Source: an uncultured Bacilli bacterium
GTDB lineage: Bacteria > Bacillota_I > Bacilli_A > RF39 > UBA660
NCBI GenBank assembly: GCA_944331915.1
Contig: CALVIR010000003.1
Location: 3,294-67,293 of the forward strand
Direction of reading: 5' to 3'
DNA: 64,000 nucleotides
Made by a program: the position numbers and the translations under genes. The notes under the pieces were generated by a model. It saw only the letters and a program-made list of their open reading frames with translations. It was not told where the DNA came from and ran no database searches. Of the stretch, positions 27,707 through 36,963 are shown one piece after another. The stretch's first letter is position 1, and each line of letters opens with the position of its first letter.

Positions 27707-29560
27707 TTATGGCAAGGCCAATGTGAATGGATTTTGAAGGGTTCCGTCACCTGATGTTATTATTACATTTTGTTTTAGATTTAGAGATGGGCGAACACCA
27801 TTAGCAACCGTGGAACTAAAGTAGTCCATACGACCATAGTAGCTCACACTCCACACATAAGACGTACTGTATGGTGTTAAAGTCCAGTAATGTGTATTAT
27901 TATCATTACTATCAAATTGCCCTGCCATTAATTCGCCATAACGTAATAATCCTACTTTTGCTGTAGTTATACTTGATGTTAATGTAGTACCAGTTGTATC
28001 TGTATACTTCGCTAGTTTATAGTTAGTTCCTGCTCCTATTGTTCCAAGATACCAGGTTGTGTTATCTTCTATTATTGATATATCTTCATCTGTTAGATAA
28101 TTATTATCTGTATTCAAATAATCATTATTCAAAAATGAACCAATTGTAGTACTACTAGAATATTCAATACCGTTACCAAAAGTTGAGGAAATAAAACTAC
28201 CATCTTTTTTTAATGGTTCAGCACTAGTTATTTTTGTTCCTGTTCCATTTTCATGGTTTACTATCCGGTACAAATTGTTTTCTCCTGTTCCAAACCTTAT
28301 GTACTCGCCACTATATCTACTTGAAAGTAGTGTTCCTAATAGATTAGTATCATCATCTCCATTAAGTCGATATGGATTATCTATTGTCCCATCACCGCCG
28401 GCAATTTTAACGCTAGATTTTAGATTTATGGATGGTCTAACGCCATTCGTATATACAGTACTATAGCCTCCCGTACGGCCATGGTCCACATTCCAAATGT
28501 AAGATGCATCACTTGGTGTTAATGTCCACCAATTTATGACATTATTTAAATAGCCATTAATAGCTGTTGTGTCACTATAACTCATGGTATATTCGTAAAT
28601 ATTTAATAGTCCAACAGGATCAGTTACCAAAGTTGTTTCTGTTGGTTTCGTTGTCTCATCTGTCATCATAGTTGCATTCCATATACTATCCATTTTGATA
28701 AATTTCTCTGGTTCTCTTAAATTACCTAAGAAACCATCTACACTTATATCATTTAACCATTCTTCCATATAACTTCCTTCAAATGATGCACTACCACTTG
28801 AATAATTAATGGCACTTATATTCCATTGTGTCACTAATTTAACACTATTATCACTTGGATCTATACTTACGGCTCTCCATAGTTTTCCGCTATACCAAAT
28901 ATAGTTATTTGGATCTGTTCCTGTTATAAATGTCTGATCAGGATCACTTGTATTTATCGCTCCATTTTCTCCTACTCCATCTAAAAGCACCTCTGCAACA
29001 GTCTGTCTTTCTTGACTTACCTCTACTCTTAACTTTCCTTTAAATACTTGTCCTGAATAGTTCCCATCTACCTCATCGGTTATCCAGATGTTTAAACTAT
29101 ATGTATTTGTCTCTCTTCCTTCTATTGTCCCACTATCTAAAACTCTATTAGGATTAGTTCCAATCCTTGTTAATAGGGTTGCTCCACTATCAGTACCATT
29201 TTTATTAAGGTTATACTTTAAAAAATTATCATCTATTCTTGTATCAGTACTATCTATCTCCATATCATCTAAATAAATTGTATAATCTACCGCTTTATCA
29301 CCATTATTTACTAAAGTAAATGTTGATGGTGTTAAACTCATCCCTTTGCTATCACTTACTCCTATAGCAGTATCTAAATTTATTCCTTCACTAGTTTCAT
29401 TCAATATTAAATCTAAAGTATCTATCTTTACTATTTGATCAGAGCCATTTAATGTTGTACTAAGATAAGCATAGGTTAATCCTAATACTGCTAGTAAGAC
29501 TATTAAGATACTTATTACAATTACTATAGTTTTTCTATTTTGTTTATTTTCTTTCATCAC
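27707..29560 (-). CDS. surface-protein family member 6: divergent signal, two tandem 'WWTLTP...GVRPS(I/L)NLK...GDGT..NP(Y/F)' repeats
   Basis: The N-terminus LTYAYLSTTLNGSDQIVKIDTLDLIL is still SipW-cognate-like. It has the same 5' leader cassette. Confidence 0.8.
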   Translation of the reverse strand: MMKENKQNRKTIVIVISILIVLLAVLGLTYAYLSTTLNGSDQIVKIDTLDLILNETSEGINLDTAIGVSDSKGMSLTPSTFTLVNNGDKAVDYTIYLDDMEIDSTDTRIDDNFLKYNLNKNGTDSGATLLTRIGTNPNRVLDSGTIEGRETNTYSLNIWITDEVDGNYSGQVFKGKLRVEVSQERQTVAEVLLDGVGENGAINTSDPDQTFITGTDPNNYIWYSGKLWRAVSIDPSDNSVKLVTQWNISAINYSSGSASFEGSYMEEWLNDISVDGFLGNLREPEKFIKMDSIWNATMMTDETTKPTETTLVTDPVGLLNIYEYTMSYSDTTAINGYLNNVINWWTLTPSDASYIWNVDHGRTGGYSTVYTNGVRPSINLKSSVKIAGGDGTIDNPYRLNGDDDTNLLGTLLSSRYSGEYIRFGTGENNLYRIVNHENGTGTKITSAEPLKKDGSFISSTFGNGIEYSSSTTIGSFLNNDYLNTDNNYLTDEDISIIEDNTTWYLGTIGAGTNYKLAKYTDTTGTTLTSSITTAKVGLLRYGELMAGQFDSNDNNTHYWTLTPYSTSYVWSVSYYGRMDYFSSTVANGVRPSLNLKQNVIITSGDGTLQNPFTLALP

Positions 29561-29780
29561 AGTTCACTCCATTATCAATTATTTTGACATTAATTATAGT
29601 TTACCCTATTTTTTTAATTTTATGTGCTGGCTATATAACCAGTTTACATGCTAAAAAAGAACAGAATACTCCTATCCTGTCCTTATTGTATGATGAAAGA
29701 AAGTACTTAAATGTCTAAAGTACCCCCCCCCAGGTAACTTGTTGTAAACGGGTGTTAATTCTCATTTTCATACCTTCTTT
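29561..29780 (-). promoter_or_regulatory. family leader cassette (copy 6): C9 tract 29723..29731, plus the ~80-bp insert shared with copy 1
   Basis: The uORF is MKMRINTRLQQVTWGGVL. Confidence 0.6.
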
Positions 29781-29879
29781 CTATCTTTAATTTAATACAA
29801 GTTTAACATAAATTATAATTAACAACAAGATATTTTTATCTTCAAATTAAAGAGAAAAAAATATTTTAACTCAATTTAT

Positions 29880-31706
29880 TTAGGGTGCAATGTCAAGTAT
29901 GAAAGGTTGTTCCTTAGTCCCAATTCCACCAGTGATGATGACGTTAGATTTTAAGTTGAGAGATGGTTTTACTCCGCTTATATTAGACACACTTATATAA
30001 TTTGCAATATTAATAGTATCAATTAAGTAAACAGTAGATTGATCATATGGTGTTAATGTCCAATATGATGTATTATTCTCATATCTATCGAATTGTCCAG
30101 CCATTAACTCTCCTAATCTTAATAACCCAACTTTTGCGTTTATACTTGTAGCATATTCTGACATATTAGTATCTTTATATTTGGCTAATTTGTATGATGC
30201 TCCGTTATCTACAGTACCTAAATACCAAGTAGTACTATCTTCTATCATATCAATATAGTTTTCGCCTACATAATTTGTTAAATATTCGTTATTTAGAAAA
30301 TTGCCTATTGTATTTGTATCTGAATAATATACACTATCTCCAAAAGTTATGGTTTTAAATGTTTCATTTTCTTTTAAAGGTATAGCACTAGTTATTTTTG
30401 TTAATCCTTCACTTTCATGGCTTACTATTCGATATAGATTATTGTCACCCGTTCCAAATATTATATATTCACCACTATACCTAGTATTAAGTTTTGTTCC
30501 ATTTAGATTAGTATCATTATCCCCTTCTAGTCTATAGGGATTTTCTTCACTCCCATCCCCATCTACTATTTTTATGTTAGATTTTAGATTTATTGATGGT
30601 CTTACCCCTCGTTTTCCTAAAGATGAAAGAGCAGCAACGAAACCATTATTGTATATATAGTAAAGATTTGATAAATTATATGGAGTTATAAGAAAACTAG
30701 TAGTTCCATTATTTAGATATCCTCTAGTAATATGAGTTTCATTATAACTTGTTGTATACTCATAATAATTTAATAATCCCACAGCATCTTCTACTATTGT
30801 TCCTCCATCTTCTTCATTAGAAGGTTTACTAGCATCAGTCATTGTACTAGCATTCCACTTAGCATCAGTCACTATAAAACTTTGATAATCTCTTAAATTT
30901 CCTAAAAAACCATCTTCACTAGTATCATTTAGCCATTCTTCCATATAGCTTCCTTCAAAGGCACTACTATCATTATCATAAGAAATGGCACTTATAGGCC
31001 ACTGGGTTACTAATTTAACTGTTTTTTCTTCATTATTAACACTAACTGCTCTCCATAACTTTCCACTATACCAGACATAGTTATTAGGGTATTGTCCTGT
31101 TGTAAATGTATCCTCTCCATCATCATAAATATTATCTTTACTTATATTACTTAATACAACAGTTCCTATTTCTCCCTTAGATATTATTTCTTCAAATAAA
31201 TGTCCATTTTCTGGTAGACTTAAATCATTATAATCTAGTCCTACTTGCACTCCTAAAATAACTGTTACACTACTTTCTGAACTATTTATTACTCTTATTG
31301 TGTAAGTATTACTTGAACCTATGGTATCTATCTTTTCTAAGTTTATTCCTTTCTCAGCTGGCAATGTATTTGTTCCATCTTCTACTATATATCCCACTTT
31401 GACATGAGATGGTAGGTCTCCTAGATAATAAAAATTAAATCTAGCTAAACGATTATTAGGATTATTTAAAGTAATGGTAAAATCTTTTACTGAATTTGCT
31501 TCAACTGTTAAAGTATTAGATTCAACTCCATCTATTAATAATTCATAAGTTAAGTTACCTGTTACTATACTTATAGCATTACTTTTTTCTTTGGTTACTG
31601 TAAACATAGCATAGGAATAATAACCTCCTATAACTAGAAATGTTAATATAATCATCACTAACATATAAATCTTACTAAATTTTGTTTCTAATAATATTTT
31701 TTTCAT
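29880..31706 (-). CDS. surface-protein family member 7: family N-domain fused to copy-6-type repeat C-domain (mosaic)
   Basis: The N-terminal 170 aa resemble copies 1-5. The C-terminal 430 aa are collinear with copy 6 (YWTLTPYDQS...GVKPSLNLKSNVIITGGIGTKEQPF). Confidence 0.8.
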   Translation of the reverse strand: MKKILLETKFSKIYMLVMIILTFLVIGGYYSYAMFTVTKEKSNAISIVTGNLTYELLIDGVESNTLTVEANSVKDFTITLNNPNNRLARFNFYYLGDLPSHVKVGYIVEDGTNTLPAEKGINLEKIDTIGSSNTYTIRVINSSESSVTVILGVQVGLDYNDLSLPENGHLFEEIISKGEIGTVVLSNISKDNIYDDGEDTFTTGQYPNNYVWYSGKLWRAVSVNNEEKTVKLVTQWPISAISYDNDSSAFEGSYMEEWLNDTSEDGFLGNLRDYQSFIVTDAKWNASTMTDASKPSNEEDGGTIVEDAVGLLNYYEYTTSYNETHITRGYLNNGTTSFLITPYNLSNLYYIYNNGFVAALSSLGKRGVRPSINLKSNIKIVDGDGSEENPYRLEGDNDTNLNGTKLNTRYSGEYIIFGTGDNNLYRIVSHESEGLTKITSAIPLKENETFKTITFGDSVYYSDTNTIGNFLNNEYLTNYVGENYIDMIEDSTTWYLGTVDNGASYKLAKYKDTNMSEYATSINAKVGLLRLGELMAGQFDRYENNTSYWTLTPYDQSTVYLIDTINIANYISVSNISGVKPSLNLKSNVIITGGIGTKEQPFILDIAP

Positions 31707-31870
31707 CTTTTACTCCTTTCATTTAATCGCAAAAAAGAACAGAATACTCCTATCCTGTTCTTATTCTATGATTAAAGAAAGTACTTAAGCTTCTAAAGTA
31801 CCCCCCCCCAGGTAACTTGCTGTAAACGGGTGCTAGTTTTCATTTACATACCTTCTTTCTATCTTTAACT
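31707..31870 (-). promoter_or_regulatory. family leader cassette (copy 7): C9 tract 31801..31809
   Basis: Perfect hairpin; the uORF is MKTSTRLQQVTWGGVL. Confidence 0.6.
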
Positions 31871-31971
31871 TAATACAATTTTAATTTCTTTCTATTTTAT
31901 CTACTAATAGATTAGCATAACATATTTATAAATTCAAGAGATTTTGCAATTGAAAAGAGAACCGTAGTTCC

Positions 31972-33102
31972 CTATTCACTTTTACTTAATGTAACTTTGG
32001 TAGTGTGTTCTTTGCCTGCTCTTAAATAAGTAAGTTCAATCGTATCTCCGGCTTGATATTTATATAATTCATATCTTAAGTAAGCAGAATCAGATACCTC
32101 TACGCCATTGATGGCAGTTACAATATCACCTGTTTTTAGATCTGAGGAAGCAGCGCCTGTTCCTTCTTCAATACCAGCGATAACAACACCACTATCAACA
32201 TCGTTTGGAATATCAAAGTTGTAACGATATGAATATTTAGCATCAGAGACATTTAACATTTGGACTCCTAATAGAGGCCATTCAATTGCTTCACCTTTTT
32301 CAAGGGTTTCAATCTTACTATTTACATATTCAATTGGAATAGCAAAGCCCATACCTTCAACTTCTGTTTGCACTAATTTTAAAGAGATAACCCCAATAAC
32401 CTCGCCATTAAGATTCATCAAAGGTCCACCACTATTACCTGGATTAATAGCAGCATCTGTTTGTAAAACTTTCATAACCCAATCACTACTTGAAGAGTTA
32501 TTATCAGTACTAACACTAACAAGACGATCTTTACCTGCTAAGTGACCCGTTGAAACACTACCACGGTAATCATAACCTAGAGGGTTACCTATAGTAAAGA
32601 CTAAATCACCTAGTTTAGAGTTTTCACTATTACCAAGGGTTAAAGCGACTAAATCATCAGTCTTTTTCATTTTAACAATGGCAATATCAACATAGGAGTC
32701 GCCACCAAGAACCTCACCTTCAATTTCTTCATCTTTTGAGGTTATTAAAGTAATTTTATCGGCTCCTTCAACGACGTGCTGATTAGTTAAAACATAGGCA
32801 TCATCACCTTCTATTTTATAAACAAAACCAGTACCAGTTGATGCGACCTCATCATTTTGATAGTTTCTAATCATTAAAACACCATCATAAACTTTTTCTA
32901 CCGCTTCACTTATACCTGATTCATCAACAACTACTTTAGTACAATCTGTCGCACTACAAGTTAGACCAGAGGAAGCTGATGAGGAGGTTGTAGTGGTTCT
33001 ATTAAATAAATCTTTACCATCAATAACTATAAAGGTTAATACACCTCCTATAACAAAAGATACAATTATTAGTATTGCCTCTTTAATTCTTTCACTTTTC
33101 AT
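31972..33102 (-). CDS. htrA: HtrA/DegP-family serine protease (S1C) with PDZ domain
   Basis: TM anchor. The catalytic serine sits in GNSGGPLMNLNGEVIGVI. The C-terminal PDZ-like region carries GDIVTAINGVEV. Confidence 0.8.
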   Translation of the reverse strand: MKSERIKEAILIIVSFVIGGVLTFIVIDGKDLFNRTTTTSSSASSGLTCSATDCTKVVVDESGISEAVEKVYDGVLMIRNYQNDEVASTGTGFVYKIEGDDAYVLTNQHVVEGADKITLITSKDEEIEGEVLGGDSYVDIAIVKMKKTDDLVALTLGNSENSKLGDLVFTIGNPLGYDYRGSVSTGHLAGKDRLVSVSTDNNSSSSDWVMKVLQTDAAINPGNSGGPLMNLNGEVIGVISLKLVQTEVEGMGFAIPIEYVNSKIETLEKGEAIEWPLLGVQMLNVSDAKYSYRYNFDIPNDVDSGVVIAGIEEGTGAASSDLKTGDIVTAINGVEVSDSAYLRYELYKYQAGDTIELTYLRAGKEHTTKVTLSKSE

Positions 33103-34048
33103 CTACATTACTCCTTTCTATATTTGCAAGTTGCATATAATTTGCGGGAAAACCCATTCTATCTAAAATATTTTCTATCTTAATACTATGTAAATTATAT
33201 GAAAGATTTTCAATTTTTTTATCAAGTTCTAAACTCATATTTTTAAATTCTTCATACGATAGCATTCGTTTCATAATTATAACTAAAGCGAATAAATCAT
33301 TAGTTCCTTTTACATATTCTCCTTCATCACTTTTCTCTATATTTAATATTTGGTGGTAAAAAGTTCCTTCTATATGTTTTTGAGTTCTATTTTCATAAAG
33401 AATATCTTCATGAGCACAGAGATTACGGTAGTTAGATAAGATAGGTAAATAAGTACTGAAATCTTCTAAAGAAATATTATACATTTTACAAATACTAATT
33501 TGATCATCATATTTCATAATAGAAAATAATTCACCAACAATACCAAAGGATAAGACTTTAACTAAAATCCAAAGAGGAATATAACCATAGTTAGACATAT
33601 AATGGGCAGTAGCACTATGTTGACTACCATTTATTCTAATTTGGCGTTTCATCTTTTTGATTAAGTCATTAACTTGTTTCTGTTTATTTTTATCTTTAGT
33701 AAAGTTCCTACTCTTTAAATAAGTCTTTTCTTTATAACCATATTTCTTAGATAGTTGATAAGAAAAGATTGATTTTAAGTTATTTTCTATTATCAAAAGA
33801 TTTTTAAAGAAAATATTTCTTATATCCCGATCGAAGAGAAATAAACTATAAAGTTCTTCAAAGGTAACACCTGGTAAGAAATGTTTATCAGTCATACTTC
33901 TCATTAAAGGATATCTATAACCGGATAAGAAAAAGTAATTTTCTCTTAAGAGAATCTTTTTAGCATATTCTTCATCAGTTATAGTCATACCTTTATATTT
34001 CAGGATTTCTATTTGTTCTTCAAGATTTTTAAACTTTTTATCTATCAT
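33092..34048 (-). CDS. Abi_2 (AbiD/AbiF-type) abortive-infection family protein
   Basis: The N-terminus ...NLEEQIEILKYKGMTITDEEYAKKILLRENYFFLSGYRYPL follows the Abi_2 pattern. It overlaps the htrA start by 11 nt. Confidence 0.6.
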   Translation of the reverse strand: MIDKKFKNLEEQIEILKYKGMTITDEEYAKKILLRENYFFLSGYRYPLMRSMTDKHFLPGVTFEELYSLFLFDRDIRNIFFKNLLIIENNLKSIFSYQLSKKYGYKEKTYLKSRNFTKDKNKQKQVNDLIKKMKRQIRINGSQHSATAHYMSNYGYIPLWILVKVLSFGIVGELFSIMKYDDQISICKMYNISLEDFSTYLPILSNYRNLCAHEDILYENRTQKHIEGTFYHQILNIEKSDEGEYVKGTNDLFALVIIMKRMLSYEEFKNMSLELDKKIENLSYNLHSIKIENILDRMGFPANYMQLANIERSNVDEK

Positions 34049-34132
34049 TTATACCACCTAGATTAGATTATAGCATAAAAAGTGTGTAAAAAATATGAAT
34101 TTTTCATGAAAAATTATGTTATACTTTAGTAG

Positions 34133-35131
34133 TTGATAGAAAGGGTTGATAGGATGCCTGCGACTTTTACCCATGCCTTATTTGCAGATGACATTTATGA
34201 TGAGTTACCAATTGGGTTAAAAAAGCTTCTAATAGATGATAAAGCTAGCTTAAGAATGTTTGCTCAAAGTACAGATCCTTTTATTTTTTATAAATTAGGG
34301 AATAAAAAAGGGAAAAAGATTAGAGAGTTTCAAAGTTATTTTCATAAAAATAAGAGTCAAGAATTCTTTCTTAATCTAATTAACTATATTAAATATAATA
34401 ACTATTATCAAAATAAAGAGATAATGGCTTTTCTTTATGGGTTTATTTCTCATTATGTCCTTGATAGTACGGTTCATCCTTATGTACATTATAAATGTGG
34501 TTATGTAAAAAAAGATGATCCTAATACTTATAAATATAAAAATCAGCATGAATATATGGAGAACTTTTTAGATAATTATTTAATTAAACAAAGAAAAAAT
34601 ATTGATCCTTATAAATATAAATTTTATGACTATTGTTTCATGATTAAGCCTTTTTCGAAAGAGTTAGTTGAGGTTATAGATTATGCTTTTAAAGAGACGT
34701 TTAACTTTAATAATTTTAGTAGTTACTATTATAAAGCTTTAAAAGATATGTATTTTTATTTAAAGTATTTTAGGTACGATAAATATGGGATAAAGATGTT
34801 TATATATAAAGGGGTTGATAGATTTACAAAGCCTAATATGTTTAGATTAGAAGCGATATCTTATCATAGGCCTTTAAAAGATGTTAATAACTATTTGAAT
34901 TTAAATCATCAAGAGTGGTGTCATCCTTGTTTAAAAAGAGAGAAACATAAAGAGTCTTTTATAGAACTTTATGCCATGGCTTTAAAAGAAGCGATGCGGA
35001 TTATTAGAGATGTTAATAGTTATTTAAAGGGAACAAAGAAAGTTGATTTGAAAAAGGACTTTAAGAATTTATCTTATTCAACAGGGAAAAATTGTGATAA
35101 TAAAAATGAGTTAAAGTATTTTGAGCATTAA
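34133..35131 (+). CDS. zinc-dependent phospholipase C-like family protein (putative)
   Basis: ATFTHALFADD ... HYVLDSTVHPYVH His/Asp pattern. This is a weak call. Confidence 0.35.
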   Translation: MIERVDRMPATFTHALFADDIYDELPIGLKKLLIDDKASLRMFAQSTDPFIFYKLGNKKGKKIREFQSYFHKNKSQEFFLNLINYIKYNNYYQNKEIMAFLYGFISHYVLDSTVHPYVHYKCGYVKKDDPNTYKYKNQHEYMENFLDNYLIKQRKNIDPYKYKFYDYCFMIKPFSKELVEVIDYAFKETFNFNNFSSYYYKALKDMYFYLKYFRYDKYGIKMFIYKGVDRFTKPNMFRLEAISYHRPLKDVNNYLNLNHQEWCHPCLKREKHKESFIELYAMALKEAMRIIRDVNSYLKGTKKVDLKKDFKNLSYSTGKNCDNKNELKYFEH

Positions 35132-35183
35132 TAAATTTAAAAAGATGTATAAAATAGTTCTTAAAATATCACTATATTATTAG

Positions 35184-36194
35184 GTGAAGAAAATGTTAAA
35201 TAGTTATAAAATAGTAAGGACTATGGAAGAAGAGATATTATATCTTTATTTAGATGTTAATTATGAATTTGCTAGGGAGTTAAGTGAAAATAGTTTAAAG
35301 AGGAAAGCAGCTAATTATTTAATAACGCATGATATTAAGTTTAAGGGAAATAAAGTAATATTTGTTATTAATGGGGTGGAAGCGAAAGCGATAAATTTAA
35401 ATAAACATAAGATGTACTTAAATAAAGACTTATTTATAGTGGGTGGTAAAGAGAAACTAACTTTAAAAGAAATATTACTTAGTTTATTATTCTCTAATTT
35501 AAGTATCGATTTAGATATTGAATCTTTAAAAGCAATTACGGTTTTATATAGAAGCGAGATTATTAGTAATTTAAAAGATAAAAACTTAAATCTTTTAAAT
35601 ATTACCCTTACCTTTCATAACTATAATTACTATAAATTAACTTATAAAGAAACATATAAAGAGAAAGTAGCAATATATAATAGAGCGATTGATGAGACAG
35701 ATGGAGAGTATTTACTTTATAATAATAATCCGATTAAGTGTTATACTCATCTTGTTAGTAATGGATATACAGAAGAAAATCCTAATATACCTTATACAGT
35801 TAGAAAAGAAAGTCTTTGGGATTTAACTTATCCTAATTATATGCAGGTTAAAAGTTATAAAACTATAGATTTTAAGAAAAAACTTAATATAGATAGAGAT
35901 GACTTTAATTTAAAAATAACTAGTATAAGTAATAGTAATAGAATAAAAGAACTTGAAATTGGGGATAGGAAAATAGAAGCTAGCCTTTTAGCAGTCTATT
36001 TAGATTTGCCATCTACAGATATAACGATTATTGTTAAGAAGGATTATCTAACATTTGTAACAAGAGGAATTGGTAGTGGTTTGGGACTTAGTATAATTGG
36101 TGCTGATAATTTGGCAGAATTAGGCTTTAATTATAGACAGATTTTAAATTATTATTTTAAAAATGTTTCGTTAGTAGTTAAAGAGGCTCAGTAG
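35184..36194 (+). CDS. SpoIID/LytB-domain protein (amidase enhancer)
   Basis: CYTHLVSNGYTEE (compare the SpoIID SSSGGhTE motif). The C-terminus TRGIGSGLGLSIIGADNLAELGFNYRQILNYYF matches the SpoIID GHGVGMSQ...IL.HYY end. Confidence 0.7.
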   Translation: MKKMLNSYKIVRTMEEEILYLYLDVNYEFARELSENSLKRKAANYLITHDIKFKGNKVIFVINGVEAKAINLNKHKMYLNKDLFIVGGKEKLTLKEILLSLLFSNLSIDLDIESLKAITVLYRSEIISNLKDKNLNLLNITLTFHNYNYYKLTYKETYKEKVAIYNRAIDETDGEYLLYNNNPIKCYTHLVSNGYTEENPNIPYTVRKESLWDLTYPNYMQVKSYKTIDFKKKLNIDRDDFNLKITSISNSNRIKELEIGDRKIEASLLAVYLDLPSTDITIIVKKDYLTFVTRGIGSGLGLSIIGADNLAELGFNYRQILNYYFKNVSLVVKEAQ

Positions 36195-36239
36195 AGTCTT
36201 TTTTTTAGTTTTATACATATATTTTAATAGGTGTTTTAG

Positions 36240-36917
36240 ATGATAAGAAAATATAAAGTACTTTTTTTAGTTTTATTTATAACTTTACTTATGTCTTTAC
36301 AATTTGTAGATGCAAAAATAAATGATAAAAAGACGCTTACTAATAGAATTATTACGATTGATCCAGGGCATGGAGGAAGAGATAGTGGGACAAGTTATCA
36401 GAAGATTTATGAAAAAGATTTAAACTTGGAGATTTCTAAAGTATTAAAGAAGGTTTTAGAAGATAAGGGTGCTACTGTTTATATGATAAGAGAAGATGAT
36501 AGTGATTTATCTAGTCGTTGGGATAGTGCGAAAAAACGAGGGGATCTTTATAGACGAATTTTAAAGATTCAAGAGAATAAAAGTGACTTATATTTATCAA
36601 TTCATATTAATTATCACTACTCTACTAATGTTAAGGGTGCTGAAGTGTTATATCATCCGATTAATGATAAAAATTTAGTATTAGCAGAAGCGATTATGAA
36701 AGAATTTAGTAATGATTTAGGGAGCAAGAGAAAAGTTGTTAAAACTAATTTATATTTGTATTCTAATACAAGAGTGCCTGGTGTTTTAATAGAGTGTGGT
36801 TTTATTTCTAATCCTGATGAGAGATATTTACTGCAAAAAGAAAGTTATCAAGTGAAATTAGCGGAAGCGATTTCTAAAGGAGTTCTGAATTATTTTTTAG
36901 AGATTGAAAGGGAATAA
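36240..36917 (+). CDS. N-acetylmuramoyl-L-alanine amidase (Amidase_3, CwlD-like)
   Basis: IITIDPGHGGRDSGT ... YLSIHINY ... GAEVLYH ... GVLIECGFISNPDE. Confidence 0.8.
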   Translation: MIRKYKVLFLVLFITLLMSLQFVDAKINDKKTLTNRIITIDPGHGGRDSGTSYQKIYEKDLNLEISKVLKKVLEDKGATVYMIREDDSDLSSRWDSAKKRGDLYRRILKIQENKSDLYLSIHINYHYSTNVKGAEVLYHPINDKNLVLAEAIMKEFSNDLGSKRKVVKTNLYLYSNTRVPGVLIECGFISNPDERYLLQKESYQVKLAEAISKGVLNYFLEIERE

Positions 36918-36963
36918 CTTTAAAGGAAAAGAATCACCAATTAACTCTTAGTGATTCATTTTT

